Source: Terriglobia bacterium (lineage in GTDB: Bacteria; Acidobacteriota; Terriglobia; 20CM-2-55-15). From it: a stretch of DNA of 64,000 nucleotides. Numbering within the stretch: position 1 is the first letter of the stretch; every line of letters begins with the position of its first letter. Under the pieces are notes generated by a model that saw only the letters and a list, made by a program, of their open reading frames with translations, was not told where the DNA came from and did no database searches. Shown here in pieces: positions 1 to 9,489 of this stretch. Both the position numbers and the translations under genes were made by a program. The DNA lies in NCBI GenBank assembly GCA_963664115.2, contig CAXWPJ010000005.1, positions 32,001 through 96,000 on the forward strand, in the 5' to 3' direction.

Positions 1-339
1 GCGGCCGGCCAGAAGGACGGCGAAAGTCTCGTATTCCATGAATTCGCCCACCAACTCGACGACGAATCCGGCGAGGCCGACGGCACACCGGTTCTGAAAA
101 CCCGGGACCAGTGGCGGGACTGGGTGGAGGTGTTCCAGCACGAATACGAAGCGCTCCGGGACGCCGCCGATAGTGGCTGCCGCACAGTGCTCGACCCATA
201 CGGTGCCGAGAGCCCCTCGGAGTTCTTCGCCGTTGCGACCGAATGCTTCTTCGAACGCCCCCGCGACTTGCGGCAACGGCACCGGGAACTTTACGAACAG
301 CTCCGAGAGTTTTACCAGCAGGATCCGGCACAATGGTAG
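1..339 (+). CDS. M90-family zinc metallopeptidase (MtfA-like), 5'-truncated by the window edge
   Basis: Frame from base 1 reads ...LVFHEFAHQLDDESGEADG...LDPYGAESPSEFFAVATECFFERP; HExxH plus EFFAVATE motif of MtfA. Confidence 0.85.
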   Translation, partial: AAGQKDGESLVFHEFAHQLDDESGEADGTPVLKTRDQWRDWVEVFQHEYEALRDAADSGCRTVLDPYGAESPSEFFAVATECFFERPRDLRQRHRELYEQLREFYQQDPAQW

Positions 340-503
340 TGCATTGGTAACGAACAAAGCTCTTCATAAGCAATCGCGCCCCAATTGCCAAGAGCGGTAA
401 GCCTAGATTTGTCAGCTGCCTGGGGGAACCCCCTGGCAGGAAGGCTTTTCGGGATAGCTTCGATTTCCAGTTAGTTGGCGACCGGACTGATGGTCTAAGC
501 ACG

Positions 504-541
504 TCTCAGTTTCCCCGAAGCCGACTTCTCGGGGGTTGAGA
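504..541. repeat. 38-bp palindromic recombination-site candidate, copy 1 (divergent)
   Basis: TCTCAGTTTCCCCGAAGCCGACTTCTCGGGGGTTGAGA aligns without gaps to the reverse complement of the copies at 26303 and 26982. Confidence 0.65.
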
Positions 542-988
542 TTGGATCAGTAAACGAAACGGCGTTACTCGGGAGCGAATCGACACTCTTTAACCCAAGT
601 CGCATAATCAGTTAGGAAACTATGCCGCTCATCGAGCAGCATAATTACATTGTCCGTGCCGGTTCGCTAGAGGTATAAAATGTGCCGAGTAAATCATTCA
701 CATCACTGGTCGACAGTCTCCACAAAACACAGAGGCCGCTGTGAGAAGCGGTCTCGCACAGGTCGACTTAGATGTGCTGCGGGACAGTTGTTGCCCCGCT
801 CTGAGGATGGGAGACTAGCTGGGTAGATCGCAGCCGACCACGGCCACGGTTCGCCAGGCTGGAGGCAGATGCGAGGGCAACGCTCGACGAGTTCGCCGGG
901 ACAGAACTTGTTTGTAATTACATTGTCCGTGCCGGTTCGCCCGCTCTGAGGATGGGAGACTAGCATTGGGTCGATACACGGAGGACCA

Positions 989-1666
989 ATGAAGCAAATC
1001 CTACCAATTCTCTTCCTAGTGGTGCTTTCTTCGCAGCCGACCACGGCCACGGTTCGCCAGGCTGGAGACACACAGGATGCGAGGGCAACGCTGCGCGGAC
1101 TAGACGAGTTCGCCGTAGTTGTTGATCTCAACCTTGAACTCGAGGAAACCGGCCTCAACAAAAACCAGTTACAGACTGACGTCGAGCTCCGGTTGAGGAG
1201 GGACGGTATTCGAGTCACCTCTTCCGGGATGGCCTTCCTTGCCATAAATGTCAATGGTTTCGCCGGTCCCGATCAGACCGGGCTTTATGTGTTTTCTGTG
1301 ACAGCACAGGTCATACAGCCAGTGAGCCTCGTTAGAGACTCCGATATTACAATCTTCGCCGGGACGTGGTCGCTCTCTCTGACCGGCCTCGCCGGAAGTG
1401 CGAGAGTTGAAGGCGGTGTGCGAAACTACGTGGCAGACCTTGTGGACAGTTTCATCAACGCTTACCTGGCAGTGTTTTCTGTGACAGCACAGGTCATACA
1501 GCCAGTGAGCCTCGTTAGAGACTCCGATATTACAATCTTCGCCGGGACGTGGTCGCTCTCTCTGACCGGCCTCGCCGGAAGTGCGAGAGTTGAAGGCGGT
1601 GTGCGAAACTACGTGGCAGACCTTGTGGACAGTTTCATCAACGCTTACCTGGCAGAAAATCGTTAG
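989..1666 (+). CDS. Secreted hypothetical protein with an exact internal 61-aa duplication
   Basis: GGAGG RBS, signal-peptide-like N-terminus MKQILPILFLVVLSS; VFSVTAQV...NAYLA occurs twice. Confidence 0.7.
   Translation: MKQILPILFLVVLSSQPTTATVRQAGDTQDARATLRGLDEFAVVVDLNLELEETGLNKNQLQTDVELRLRRDGIRVTSSGMAFLAINVNGFAGPDQTGLYVFSVTAQVIQPVSLVRDSDITIFAGTWSLSLTGLAGSARVEGGVRNYVADLVDSFINAYLAVFSVTAQVIQPVSLVRDSDITIFAGTWSLSLTGLAGSARVEGGVRNYVADLVDSFINAYLAENR
1289..1654 (+). repeat. Perfect 183-bp tandem duplication (1289-1471 / 1472-1654)
   Basis: Direct comparison; in frame. Confidence 0.95.
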
Positions 1667-1722
1667 AGAGTCCAGCGGGAAATCACGAAGAAGCACGGAA
1701 GGCACAGATAACGAGAATTTCT

Positions 1723-1908
1723 ATGGATCGGCAGACTTTGCTGCGGCAGGAATGCGTACGTGAATTTGAGGCAGTGAAAGCCCAAGTCGCAAGGCTTTTG
1801 AAGCGAGAGGAAAAGTACATAGATCCCGGCCATGCCATCGATCCATCTTCCGGTCGTAACGTGTGGGAGCGATACTGCACGCTCCAATCAGGGAAGAGCG
1901 GCAAGTAA
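1723..1908 (+). CDS. Small hypothetical protein
   Basis: 61-aa ORF directly downstream of 989-1666; no motif recognised. Confidence 0.35.
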   Translation: MDRQTLLRQECVREFEAVKAQVARLLKREEKYIDPGHAIDPSSGRNVWERYCTLQSGKSGK

Positions 1909-1913
1909 AAGCA

Positions 1914-2069
1914 TTAGGAGGCTTCTTTGCGGACGAATGTCCACTCAACGTGCTTGCTGTGAAGCGGACACTCGGGGAACGACTCTCCTTGGAGCATCAT
2001 GATTTCGTAGTCGCAATCGTTCGAGGAGTAGATGCCGGCTTGGGTGCAAAGTTCGCCAGTGCGAAACAT
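1914..2069 (-). CDS. YjzC-like small Cys-containing protein
   Basis: MFRTGELCTQAGIYSSNDC...GESFPECP...VEWTFV resembles the YjzC pattern. Confidence 0.55.
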   Translation of the reverse strand: MFRTGELCTQAGIYSSNDCDYEIMMLQGESFPECPLHSKHVEWTFVRKEAS

Positions 2070-2212
2070 CGGTCGTCTGACATCGCGGCTGTCCACATTC
2101 CCTCCCAGGATGCGGAAATAGGGGCCCAGCCGACCAGCCGGCCAAGGCGAGAGGGTCAGCCAGGCACGGGAGCACTAATCCTTGACAGAGGTGAGAGTGC
2201 GCCCACCCGGAA

Positions 2213-2335
2213 TTATATTCCTGAATTTGACGGTGACGAAGGAAAAGCAACCCCCGGCCCAGTGGACCGACCTGCGGAGCGAGTAAAGAAGAGGAAAAGG
2301 ACGATTACGGCGAAAACTATTACGACTTTTCGCAT
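2213..2335 (-). CDS. 40-aa small membrane peptide (not in the ORF track)
   Basis: GGAGGTGG immediately upstream of ATG; MRKVVIVFAVIVLFLFFTRSAGRSTGPGVAFPSSPSNSGI. Confidence 0.45.
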   Translation of the reverse strand: MRKVVIVFAVIVLFLFFTRSAGRSTGPGVAFPSSPSNSGI

Positions 2336-2545
2336 AATCCACCTCCACCTGAAACTGTGCGCCTGACCGTCACGTATTTCAATAAAAATGGCGCTATGGC
2401 TGGTACATTCGGCACAAATTCTTCTTGGAGGCTAGCATCGAGTTGGTTGGGATTCTTACTCAAAGATCGAACAAAATCGAGCACTTCCCATAATCTCGAC
2501 GGACTTCCGCTGCAAAGAAATCACAGGCCGCGTCTCGGAACCGGC

Positions 2546-2716
2546 ATCCATGCCGCACGCGACCGCCGAATCTTCGAGATGTGGATGGCGTGCTGGACCG
2601 GCGCTGAAATAGCAAAGGCTGTCGGGTGTGATGAGAAAACCGTTTCAGCGGTCGTTTCTGGAAAATCGGCAGAGTTGCCAAATGTCCAGAAAGCCGCCGC
2701 TTCGGTAGTGTCCTAA
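2546..2716 (+). pseudogene. HTH-containing gene fragment
   Basis: RDRRIFEMWMACWTGAEIAKAVGCDEKTVS is HTH-like; no convincing start. Confidence 0.35.
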
Positions 2717-2893
2717 GATTGAGTTGGTAGTTCCTTTGCCAGACGGATTACGTCGTCAGGTGAATACATCTTACCGTCAACCTCGATTTTTGAATCTGGA
2801 CCGAGAACAATGGGCCCTATCTTGTAACCACGTTCCTGAAGCTGATCGACCGCTTCTTTTAATTCAAACAGGCCTGTCATTGCTGGCCTGCAA

Positions 2894-3112
2894 TCAATGT
2901 GAAATCTGTTCCAGGCGGTTGAGGATGCTGGCCTTCTGTTCGTCGGTCAGATTGAGGTTGCATTTTTTGTCGCACAGGATGCAGCGGAAAGGGACATTTC
3001 CGACATCTACGAACCATCGCCATTGAAGATCCGTGTACTGAGGGCTCGGCCTGCCATTGCAGCCGTCTTTTGGGCAATCACCCATCGACAGCGGTATTCT
3101 TTTTTCATCCAT
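2894..3112 (-). CDS. Small putative zinc-binding protein
   Basis: CPKDGC...CILC cysteine pairs in 72 aa. Confidence 0.45.
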   Translation of the reverse strand: MDEKRIPLSMGDCPKDGCNGRPSPQYTDLQWRWFVDVGNVPFRCILCDKKCNLNLTDEQKASILNRLEQISH

Positions 3113-3283
3113 CTCATGACCCTGGTGCTGGACTGTATGGACTGTGAAGTAGCGTTCACCCTGCACATTTCAGGCTGAGACGGTCGAAATCCAAATAATT
3201 CTATCTACGCACAAAGGCCATGGGCAATAAGCGTCTTGAGTCCGGCAGGTCCGCGTTTGAAAGACGCGACCCATCCCCATCTT

Positions 3284-5482
3284 CTAGAAGTTAAAAAGAT
3301 TCGTCAACTTGAACACGATGCCTCGCCCGAGCAGTTGACCGTTGCTGGTATCGCGCAGTTCGTTGTAAACGAGGAAGAGATCGCTCAACGGGTGATGGGT
3401 GAGGTTGAAGCGGATGTTTGAGCTCACCTGATTCGTGTCCGCGTTGTACTGAATGAACGCATTGACAAACGCACGTGGGCTGAACGCATACAGGAAACGG
3501 GCCCCCACCAGGTCCGAGCTAAAACGCCCTTGGGTCAACCTCACCTGGTTGCGCGTGTAGTCCACATCCAACCTGAAATGGATGTTCGGCTTCCAACTCA
3601 CACCCCCGGTAAACGAGCGGCGGCGACCGCTCCAGAACTCACCCCATTCCACAGTTCCGTTCCCGCTGATCTTTCCCGAGGGATTGCTCGAAGCTTCGGC
3701 CGAATAGCTGAGATATCGGTAGTCACCTTCGGGAATGGAGACGCTTTGATGTATCGGAAACACATCCCTCAATCGATCAAACGTCTGAACGATGCTGAGG
3801 TCAGCGGAACCGTTGTTTTCGAACCGAAGGCCCAGGTTCACGCGCTCTTCACGTGTTTCGATCTGTTCGATCTCGCCATCCTCGTAATAATCGAACGTCG
3901 TACCGATCACCAGGTTCCTGAATACGGGACTGGTTTCGAACAGCGGGTTCCAGGAAACTTCCCCGCTGTAATGTGTGTTGTCTCCGCGCCTTACGAACCC
4001 TACTTCAGGATTGAAATTCGTCTGGATCTCGTTGTAACTCGCAACCAGGATCAACTCGTCGTCGCGCCACCGGGCCTCGAACTGCCGCGCCTGATTGAGG
4101 TCGGACAACCCCGCCGTGTCGCTTCGAAGCAGGAAGGAATCCAACTCGAGACGATCGAACTGTAAGTGTGTGTCGACGCCATAGACGCGGTTGTAGTCCC
4201 CATCCCGAGACGACTCCCGGTCCGTCAACAGGCCACCCACCCATGAGTTGGTCAGAAACCTTCTCTTGAGCCGCCCGACCACATATTCGGTGGATGCCGT
4301 CTGGCCCTGACTTTCAGTTTTCATGACGAGAAAACCGATGTCATAGGGTCCTGCCTGTCCGGTCACACGGGCGCCACCGACGATCGGTATCGGTGTTCCC
4401 TGACTGCTCAGCCCGATACGTCTGCTGAAAAACGGAACCAGGTTATTTCCGGCTCCAAAGTTGAACGTCCCCGAATTCTCGAGGAAAAAATCGCGTTTCT
4501 CCGGAAAGAAGAGGTTGAAGCGCGTCAGATTGACCTGTTGCTGATCGACTTCCACCTGCGCAAAGTCTGTACGATACGTGGCGTCGAGCGTAAGTGACGA
4601 CGTCAGACTGTACTTCAGGTCCAAGCCACCGTCGTAGTCGGGATCTGTGTCGAAGTCTCCGAAGGGGTCGTTCGCGGGGCGGACCTGGGTCACGCCGGCA
4701 GTCACGAACGGCGTTATCTTCAGATTACGTCCCGGGCGGATGTTCTCGAGGCCCTCGAGGGTCCCGTACTGCGACACACGAGAGAGGTCCCACCGAATCG
4801 GAATCGGGGTCCAATCGCTCTCTTCGTTGATCCGAAGAATGTTGCGATTCATGTTGATTCCCCACTCCTGGATTGTGGCGCTGGAAAATCGGAGCGTCTT
4901 GAACGGGATCACGAACTCTGCGACCCATCCTTCGGAGTTCTGGGTAACCTGGACGTCCCACACGCCATCCCAATCGGTATTGAATCCGGTCAGGCCGACC
5001 TGGAAATCGGCCTTGGCGCCAGCGGGATTGGTTGTAAACAGAACGCTCGACTGCAGATTGTGGAGACTGTCGATAGCGATGGTGAAGACATCCCCGCTCA
5101 GGTAACCGAAGTCTTCCTCGAGTTCGTTGACCACGATGTTCCCAGGATCGGAGTCATAGCAGAAGACACCGACATAAAGATTGTCTTCATCAAATAAGAA
5201 CCGGGCCTCGGTGCGTTCCAGGGAAGGAGCACCCGGGTTGGGCCGCCGTTGAACAAAGTTTGTGGCCGGAGTCGCCAGGTCCCAGGCCGCCTCGTCCAGA
5301 AGGCCGTCAATGGAAATCTCTTCGGTCATTCCGACTGCTGTGATGACGCGCTCCAAGCGGGCCGCTTCGTAGTCAACGACAATGGGGACATCGGAACCAG
5401 TCACGCCCTGACTGCGGGCGGGCCCCTCAAACAGCATCCCAAGAAGGGCGTAGCAGATAGTCCGTCTCACAAAGTCAGGCAC
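3284..5482 (-). CDS. CBM9-like plus DUF5916 outer-membrane protein
   Basis: Signal peptide, IDGLLDEAAW, IPFKTLRF, TDFAQVEVDQQQVNLTRFNLFFPEKRDFFLE, C-terminal F. Confidence 0.85.
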   Translation of the reverse strand: MPDFVRRTICYALLGMLFEGPARSQGVTGSDVPIVVDYEAARLERVITAVGMTEEISIDGLLDEAAWDLATPATNFVQRRPNPGAPSLERTEARFLFDEDNLYVGVFCYDSDPGNIVVNELEEDFGYLSGDVFTIAIDSLHNLQSSVLFTTNPAGAKADFQVGLTGFNTDWDGVWDVQVTQNSEGWVAEFVIPFKTLRFSSATIQEWGINMNRNILRINEESDWTPIPIRWDLSRVSQYGTLEGLENIRPGRNLKITPFVTAGVTQVRPANDPFGDFDTDPDYDGGLDLKYSLTSSLTLDATYRTDFAQVEVDQQQVNLTRFNLFFPEKRDFFLENSGTFNFGAGNNLVPFFSRRIGLSSQGTPIPIVGGARVTGQAGPYDIGFLVMKTESQGQTASTEYVVGRLKRRFLTNSWVGGLLTDRESSRDGDYNRVYGVDTHLQFDRLELDSFLLRSDTAGLSDLNQARQFEARWRDDELILVASYNEIQTNFNPEVGFVRRGDNTHYSGEVSWNPLFETSPVFRNLVIGTTFDYYEDGEIEQIETREERVNLGLRFENNGSADLSIVQTFDRLRDVFPIHQSVSIPEGDYRYLSYSAEASSNPSGKISGNGTVEWGEFWSGRRRSFTGGVSWKPNIHFRLDVDYTRNQVRLTQGRFSSDLVGARFLYAFSPRAFVNAFIQYNADTNQVSSNIRFNLTHHPLSDLFLVYNELRDTSNGQLLGRGIVFKLTNLFNF

Positions 5483-5648
5483 GTTGCAGCTCCGGATTCC
5501 ATTGTTTCAGCGTGTGTCGAAACGAACCACGGAAACCTGCTACAAGATACGAAATGCGGGGTTTAGAAGCAAACGAAGAGAAATGATTCCCTTGGATGTT
5601 GAGAATCGGGCGAAAACGGAAATTCTCAAGGTCCGCGAAGATGATTTC

Positions 5649-7651
5649 GTAGGGTCGAGCACTGGTGCGGTAACCCGTAGGCCACTCCTTGGCTGTATCC
5701 GGCGTTTCCGCCTTCGTGCCCGTTTAGGAGTGGCCGTAGCTCCGTTTCCAGCGCCCGCCACTTCGCACGCAGCGTGCGGATTTCCCGCACTACGCGCTCC
5801 TGCACACTTCGCCTCAAGGGTTATGAGACCTGTCGAGTGAAAGCGACTATGCAGAATGGCAGGAATAGGACACACGGTAGGCATTGAACAACCCCACCGT
5901 CCCATACAGCCAAGCTGCACTCCACCGCTTCCATCCGAAACCGCGACGCTGACTGGCTCGGGCCCGGTGGGACCGGATCTTCTTTTCAACCCAGGCGCGA
6001 ATGAACTGGAAGCATCCGCTGGAGTGACCAAACGCAAAGTAACGCACCCACCCGCGCAGGATCGGATTGATCTGCTCGATCACCCGATGGAGCGGCTGGG
6101 ACTGCGTACGCTTGAATATCTGATTGAGTCGACGGAGCAACGCGGTCCGCTTTGCTAACTTCGGCGTCCGCAATGCCATCCATCGTCCCCGGCGACTACG
6201 AACGCGCCGGAACTCAAAGCCGAGAAATCCAAAGCTCTCTCCCCGCGTCAGGTCCACCCGTCGGCTCTTCTCCGCATTCACTTCCACCTGAATCTTCGCC
6301 AACTCTTCCCGAAGTCGCTTCTCGACAACCTGCCGAAGCCACTGATACCGCGGATGCGCATCCACCAGGACCACCATGTCATCGGCATACCTGGCGTACT
6401 CGATACACTCCCGCTGCCGGTTCCGGGTAACTTGCTTAGCCCGCTCTAACATCCGATCGACATCATTGAGATAGATGTTACTGAGCAGCGGCGAAATCAC
6501 CCCACCTTGCGGCACACCCTGCTTCCCTGACGCCTTCAGCATCCATTTCAGGAGTCCAAGCACCTCCGGATCGCGGACTCTCTCGGCGACTTTCGCTAAA
6601 ACGATGGGGTGTTTCACCGTGTCGAAGTAGCGTCGCAGATCGAGATCGATCACGTCGGTCTTACCCTCAACGATGGCTCTGGAAACGCGCCCGATGGCAG
6701 CGTGTGCGGTCTTCTTCGGTCGATAGCCGAAGGATCCGGGTTGAAAGTCTGCTTCAAAGATTGGTTCCAGGATCAGCTTCAATGCACCCTGAACCACCCG
6801 GTCCCGGATCGATGGGATCGAAAGCATCCGTTGCTTGCCCCCCTCCTTGGGTATCCCCACCTTCCGGAGCCGTCCGGGTCGATATCTACGTTCGATCAGC
6901 TCCTCTCGAAGCTGGTCGAGAAACCCTTCCACGCCTGCGGCCTCAACGGCGTCAAACGTTACCCCATCGATTCCCGGGGCACCGTCGTTGGCCTTTGCCA
7001 ACCGGTACGCTTCCTGAAGCGTTTCTCGCTTTACCACGTGGATATACAACCCCCAAAAGCGCCAGGCCGGTTCGGCCTTCGCCTTGACGTATAGTCGTCG
7101 CCTCAGGTCTTGCAGACTAATGGGCGCATTTGTCATTTCACCCCTGCCTCCCGTCTTGGTTTCGACCTCATGTACAGCAGGGCCCCTTGGCTCCACGGGC
7201 GTTACTCCGCTTCATCGCTACTACGGACCCGGCCGCCACCGTCTCGTCTGCTCCCGACTTTCCGGTTGTGCCGGTTATACGATCGCTCCTGCTCCACCGA
7301 TTTCTCGATGGGACGAGGACGGTTTCTCCAGTTGCTCGGCATGTCCTTGTCACCGTGCTGCCCCTAATCACCCCGCCGGAGTGACAAGCCGCTTCGGTCA
7401 GATTGCGACATATCATGCTGCCTTCGCCCGTCCCAAGAAGGCTCGGCCTCCGGATCTACTCATTTCGAGGCCACCTCTAGGTTCACTTGCGTTGCGGCCC
7501 GGTGACTCACTCACCATCCTTTCTGATGGCTTTGTCGATCGGCTTCATCCGCTTCGTTTCCTCCACGGATGCGACCCAAGTTACAGAGTCTCTGACTCTT
7601 ACTCTGGTGGGGCTCTATCCCACTGAACATGCCAGCCTTAGCTGGACGCAC
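5649..7651 (-). mobile_element. Group II intron
   Basis: 5' end GTGCG at 7651, 3' end ...CGACCCTAC at 5649, domain V GAGCGCGTAGTGCGGGAAATCCGCACGCTGCGTGCG near 5765-5800, encodes an RT. Confidence 0.93.
5847..7136 (-). CDS. ltrA: Group II intron reverse transcriptase/maturase, no endonuclease domain
   Basis: APGIDG, PSIRDRVVQ, GVPQGGVISPLLSNIYL, YADD, NPILRGW maturase motif. Confidence 0.93.
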   Translation of the reverse strand: MTNAPISLQDLRRRLYVKAKAEPAWRFWGLYIHVVKRETLQEAYRLAKANDGAPGIDGVTFDAVEAAGVEGFLDQLREELIERRYRPGRLRKVGIPKEGGKQRMLSIPSIRDRVVQGALKLILEPIFEADFQPGSFGYRPKKTAHAAIGRVSRAIVEGKTDVIDLDLRRYFDTVKHPIVLAKVAERVRDPEVLGLLKWMLKASGKQGVPQGGVISPLLSNIYLNDVDRMLERAKQVTRNRQRECIEYARYADDMVVLVDAHPRYQWLRQVVEKRLREELAKIQVEVNAEKSRRVDLTRGESFGFLGFEFRRVRSRRGRWMALRTPKLAKRTALLRRLNQIFKRTQSQPLHRVIEQINPILRGWVRYFAFGHSSGCFQFIRAWVEKKIRSHRARASQRRGFGWKRWSAAWLYGTVGLFNAYRVSYSCHSA

Positions 7652-7777
7652 TCAGGACTTGAGAATGGATTTCAGGGCACCGGCACCCGTTCCTTCAGTT
7701 CTTCAAACCAGTTAAGGACGATGTTGATTTGGGGAGAGGCCGCTAAGTCCGTTTGGCCTTCAGGTAACGCCACTAGA

Positions 7778-9489
7778 CCCTGAACAAGCGTGATTGACGA
7801 GGAAATGATAGTGCAATAAGAGCGGAAGTACCCGAAATGCCCCCTCTCCGTGCGAAAAAAACCTTGGACAGATTCTTCGGAAAAGGAGGCATTTCAGATG
7901 AACGATTATACGCGCAAGAACATGAGGAACCGCAAGCGGCGAATCGAACGTCGGCTTGGGGACCGGCATTGGACGGATCAGGTAGAGCCGATGTTTTCGG
8001 CGAGCAACATTCAGTACGAGATGGGAGAGCGGACGCGGGGCACATCGGTTGGTGGTATCGGGACGATGCAACTGGTGGCGCGGCGGACCGGGCTGATCGA
8101 AGCCATCGACAAGGGCGTGCATGTGTTGAAGCGGCACCTGCCGTATCACGAGTCGGATCACGTGCTGAACATCGCCTACAACGCCTTGAGCGGAGGAACG
8201 TGCCTGGAAGACATCGAACTGCGGCGCAACGATGCGGTGTATCTGGATGCGCTGGGAGCGCAACGGATTCCGGATCCGACGACGGCGGGAGACTTCTGCC
8301 GGAGATTCGAGGCCGACGACGTGGAGTGTCTGATGGAGGCAACCAATCAAGTCCGGCTCGGAGTCTGGCGACAGCAACCGGCGGCGTTTTTCGAAGAAGC
8401 GGTGTTGGACGCGGACGGGACACTGGCCGAAACCACGGGGGAATGCAAGCAAGGGATGGACGTGGCCTACGACGGGACGTGGGGATATCACCCGCTGATG
8501 ATCTCGCTGGCCAACACCGCCGAACCGCTGTATCTGGTCAATCGTAGCGGCAACCGGCCGTCGCATGAAGGAGCCGCGGTCCGGTTCTGATTGTGCCGGC
8601 ATGCTTCCTGCTGCGCGGGGACACGGACTTCAGCCAGACCCGGCTCTGGACGGATCCAGGTGGGTTTCATATTCGGGATTGACGCGATGGCGAACCTGAA
8701 GGCCCGGGCCGATGAACTGGAGCCGCGCCAGTGGAAGCGCCTGGAACGGCCCGCGAAATACGACGTGCGACGACAACGTGAAGGAAGAGATCGTTCGGCA
8801 GCGCGGTTTCGACAATATCCGCTTGCAGGATGTGGCCGAGTTTCGGTATTTCGGAGCCTGCGATCGGGACTACCGTGTCGTCGTGTGCGGAAGAATCTGT
8901 CGGTGGCCAAAGGAGAGCAGGTGTTGTTTGACGACATCCGGTACTTCTTCTACATTACCAACCGTTCGGATCCGGCCGACCAGATTGTGATGCGTGAACG
9001 GTGCAATCAGGAGCCAGTTGAAGAACGGCGTTCAGGCTTGCGGAGCCGGTGGACCAGCAACTGGGCCTCAGGTCACTTGGACACTGAAAGCGTGGTTTGC
9101 ATTGCTGCTTCCCGAAACCGGACGTTGGGGCAAAAATATCAGGCTGAGGCAAACCGTGCTGCGCGTTCAAAACCTTCTTGAACGTCATCTTGTGCCGTCA
9201 ACTCGTGCGCACCGGGCGGCGCATTCTGTTCCGGATCCTGGCCTGGAACCGGTGGTTGCCGGTCTTGTTCCGCGGGGTGGATGTGTTGGACGATGTTGAC
9301 CCGATCATGACTCTGAGCCCGGGCGATCGAGGTCCCGGTTTCTGTCAACCGTCCAACACCAGCGAGGCTGAACTGGCCAGATTCAACAGAAACTCGATAC
9401 CTGGAACAGGCCATCCGGGAACGGGATTCTATGCCTCGAATTCTATCGGCGCGAACTGGGCCTCGGCGGATCTGGGCGCTTGTTTTGGG
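7778..9489 (+). mobile_element. IS1380-family element with frameshifted transposase
   Basis: Ends CCCTGAACAAGCG / CGCTTGTTTTGGG, ACTAGA duplicated at 7772-7777 and 9490-9495; PDPTTAGDFCRRF, LDADGT, GYHPL motifs; many indels after 8580. Confidence 0.85.

Larger units (their letters stand above)
5624..7664. repeat. 38-bp site copy 2, split by the group II intron (5624-5648 + 7652-7664)
   Basis: Rejoined flanks give TCTCAAGGTCCGCGAAGATGATTTC|TCAGGACTTGAGA, 38 bp. Confidence 0.9.

Noticed and set aside
340-640. attL duplicate of the tRNA-Lys 3' end
   Set aside because: No matching sequence seen; the left island boundary is not defined in this window
5847-7136. RT as part of a DGR or retron, with kinase tails as template/variable repeats
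   Set aside because: Clear group II intron termini, domain V and maturase domain; differences among tails are not adenine-specific
5649-7651. Assignment to class IIC
   Set aside because: Domain V appears full length and the IEP N-terminus does not look IIC-like; class left open pending phylogeny
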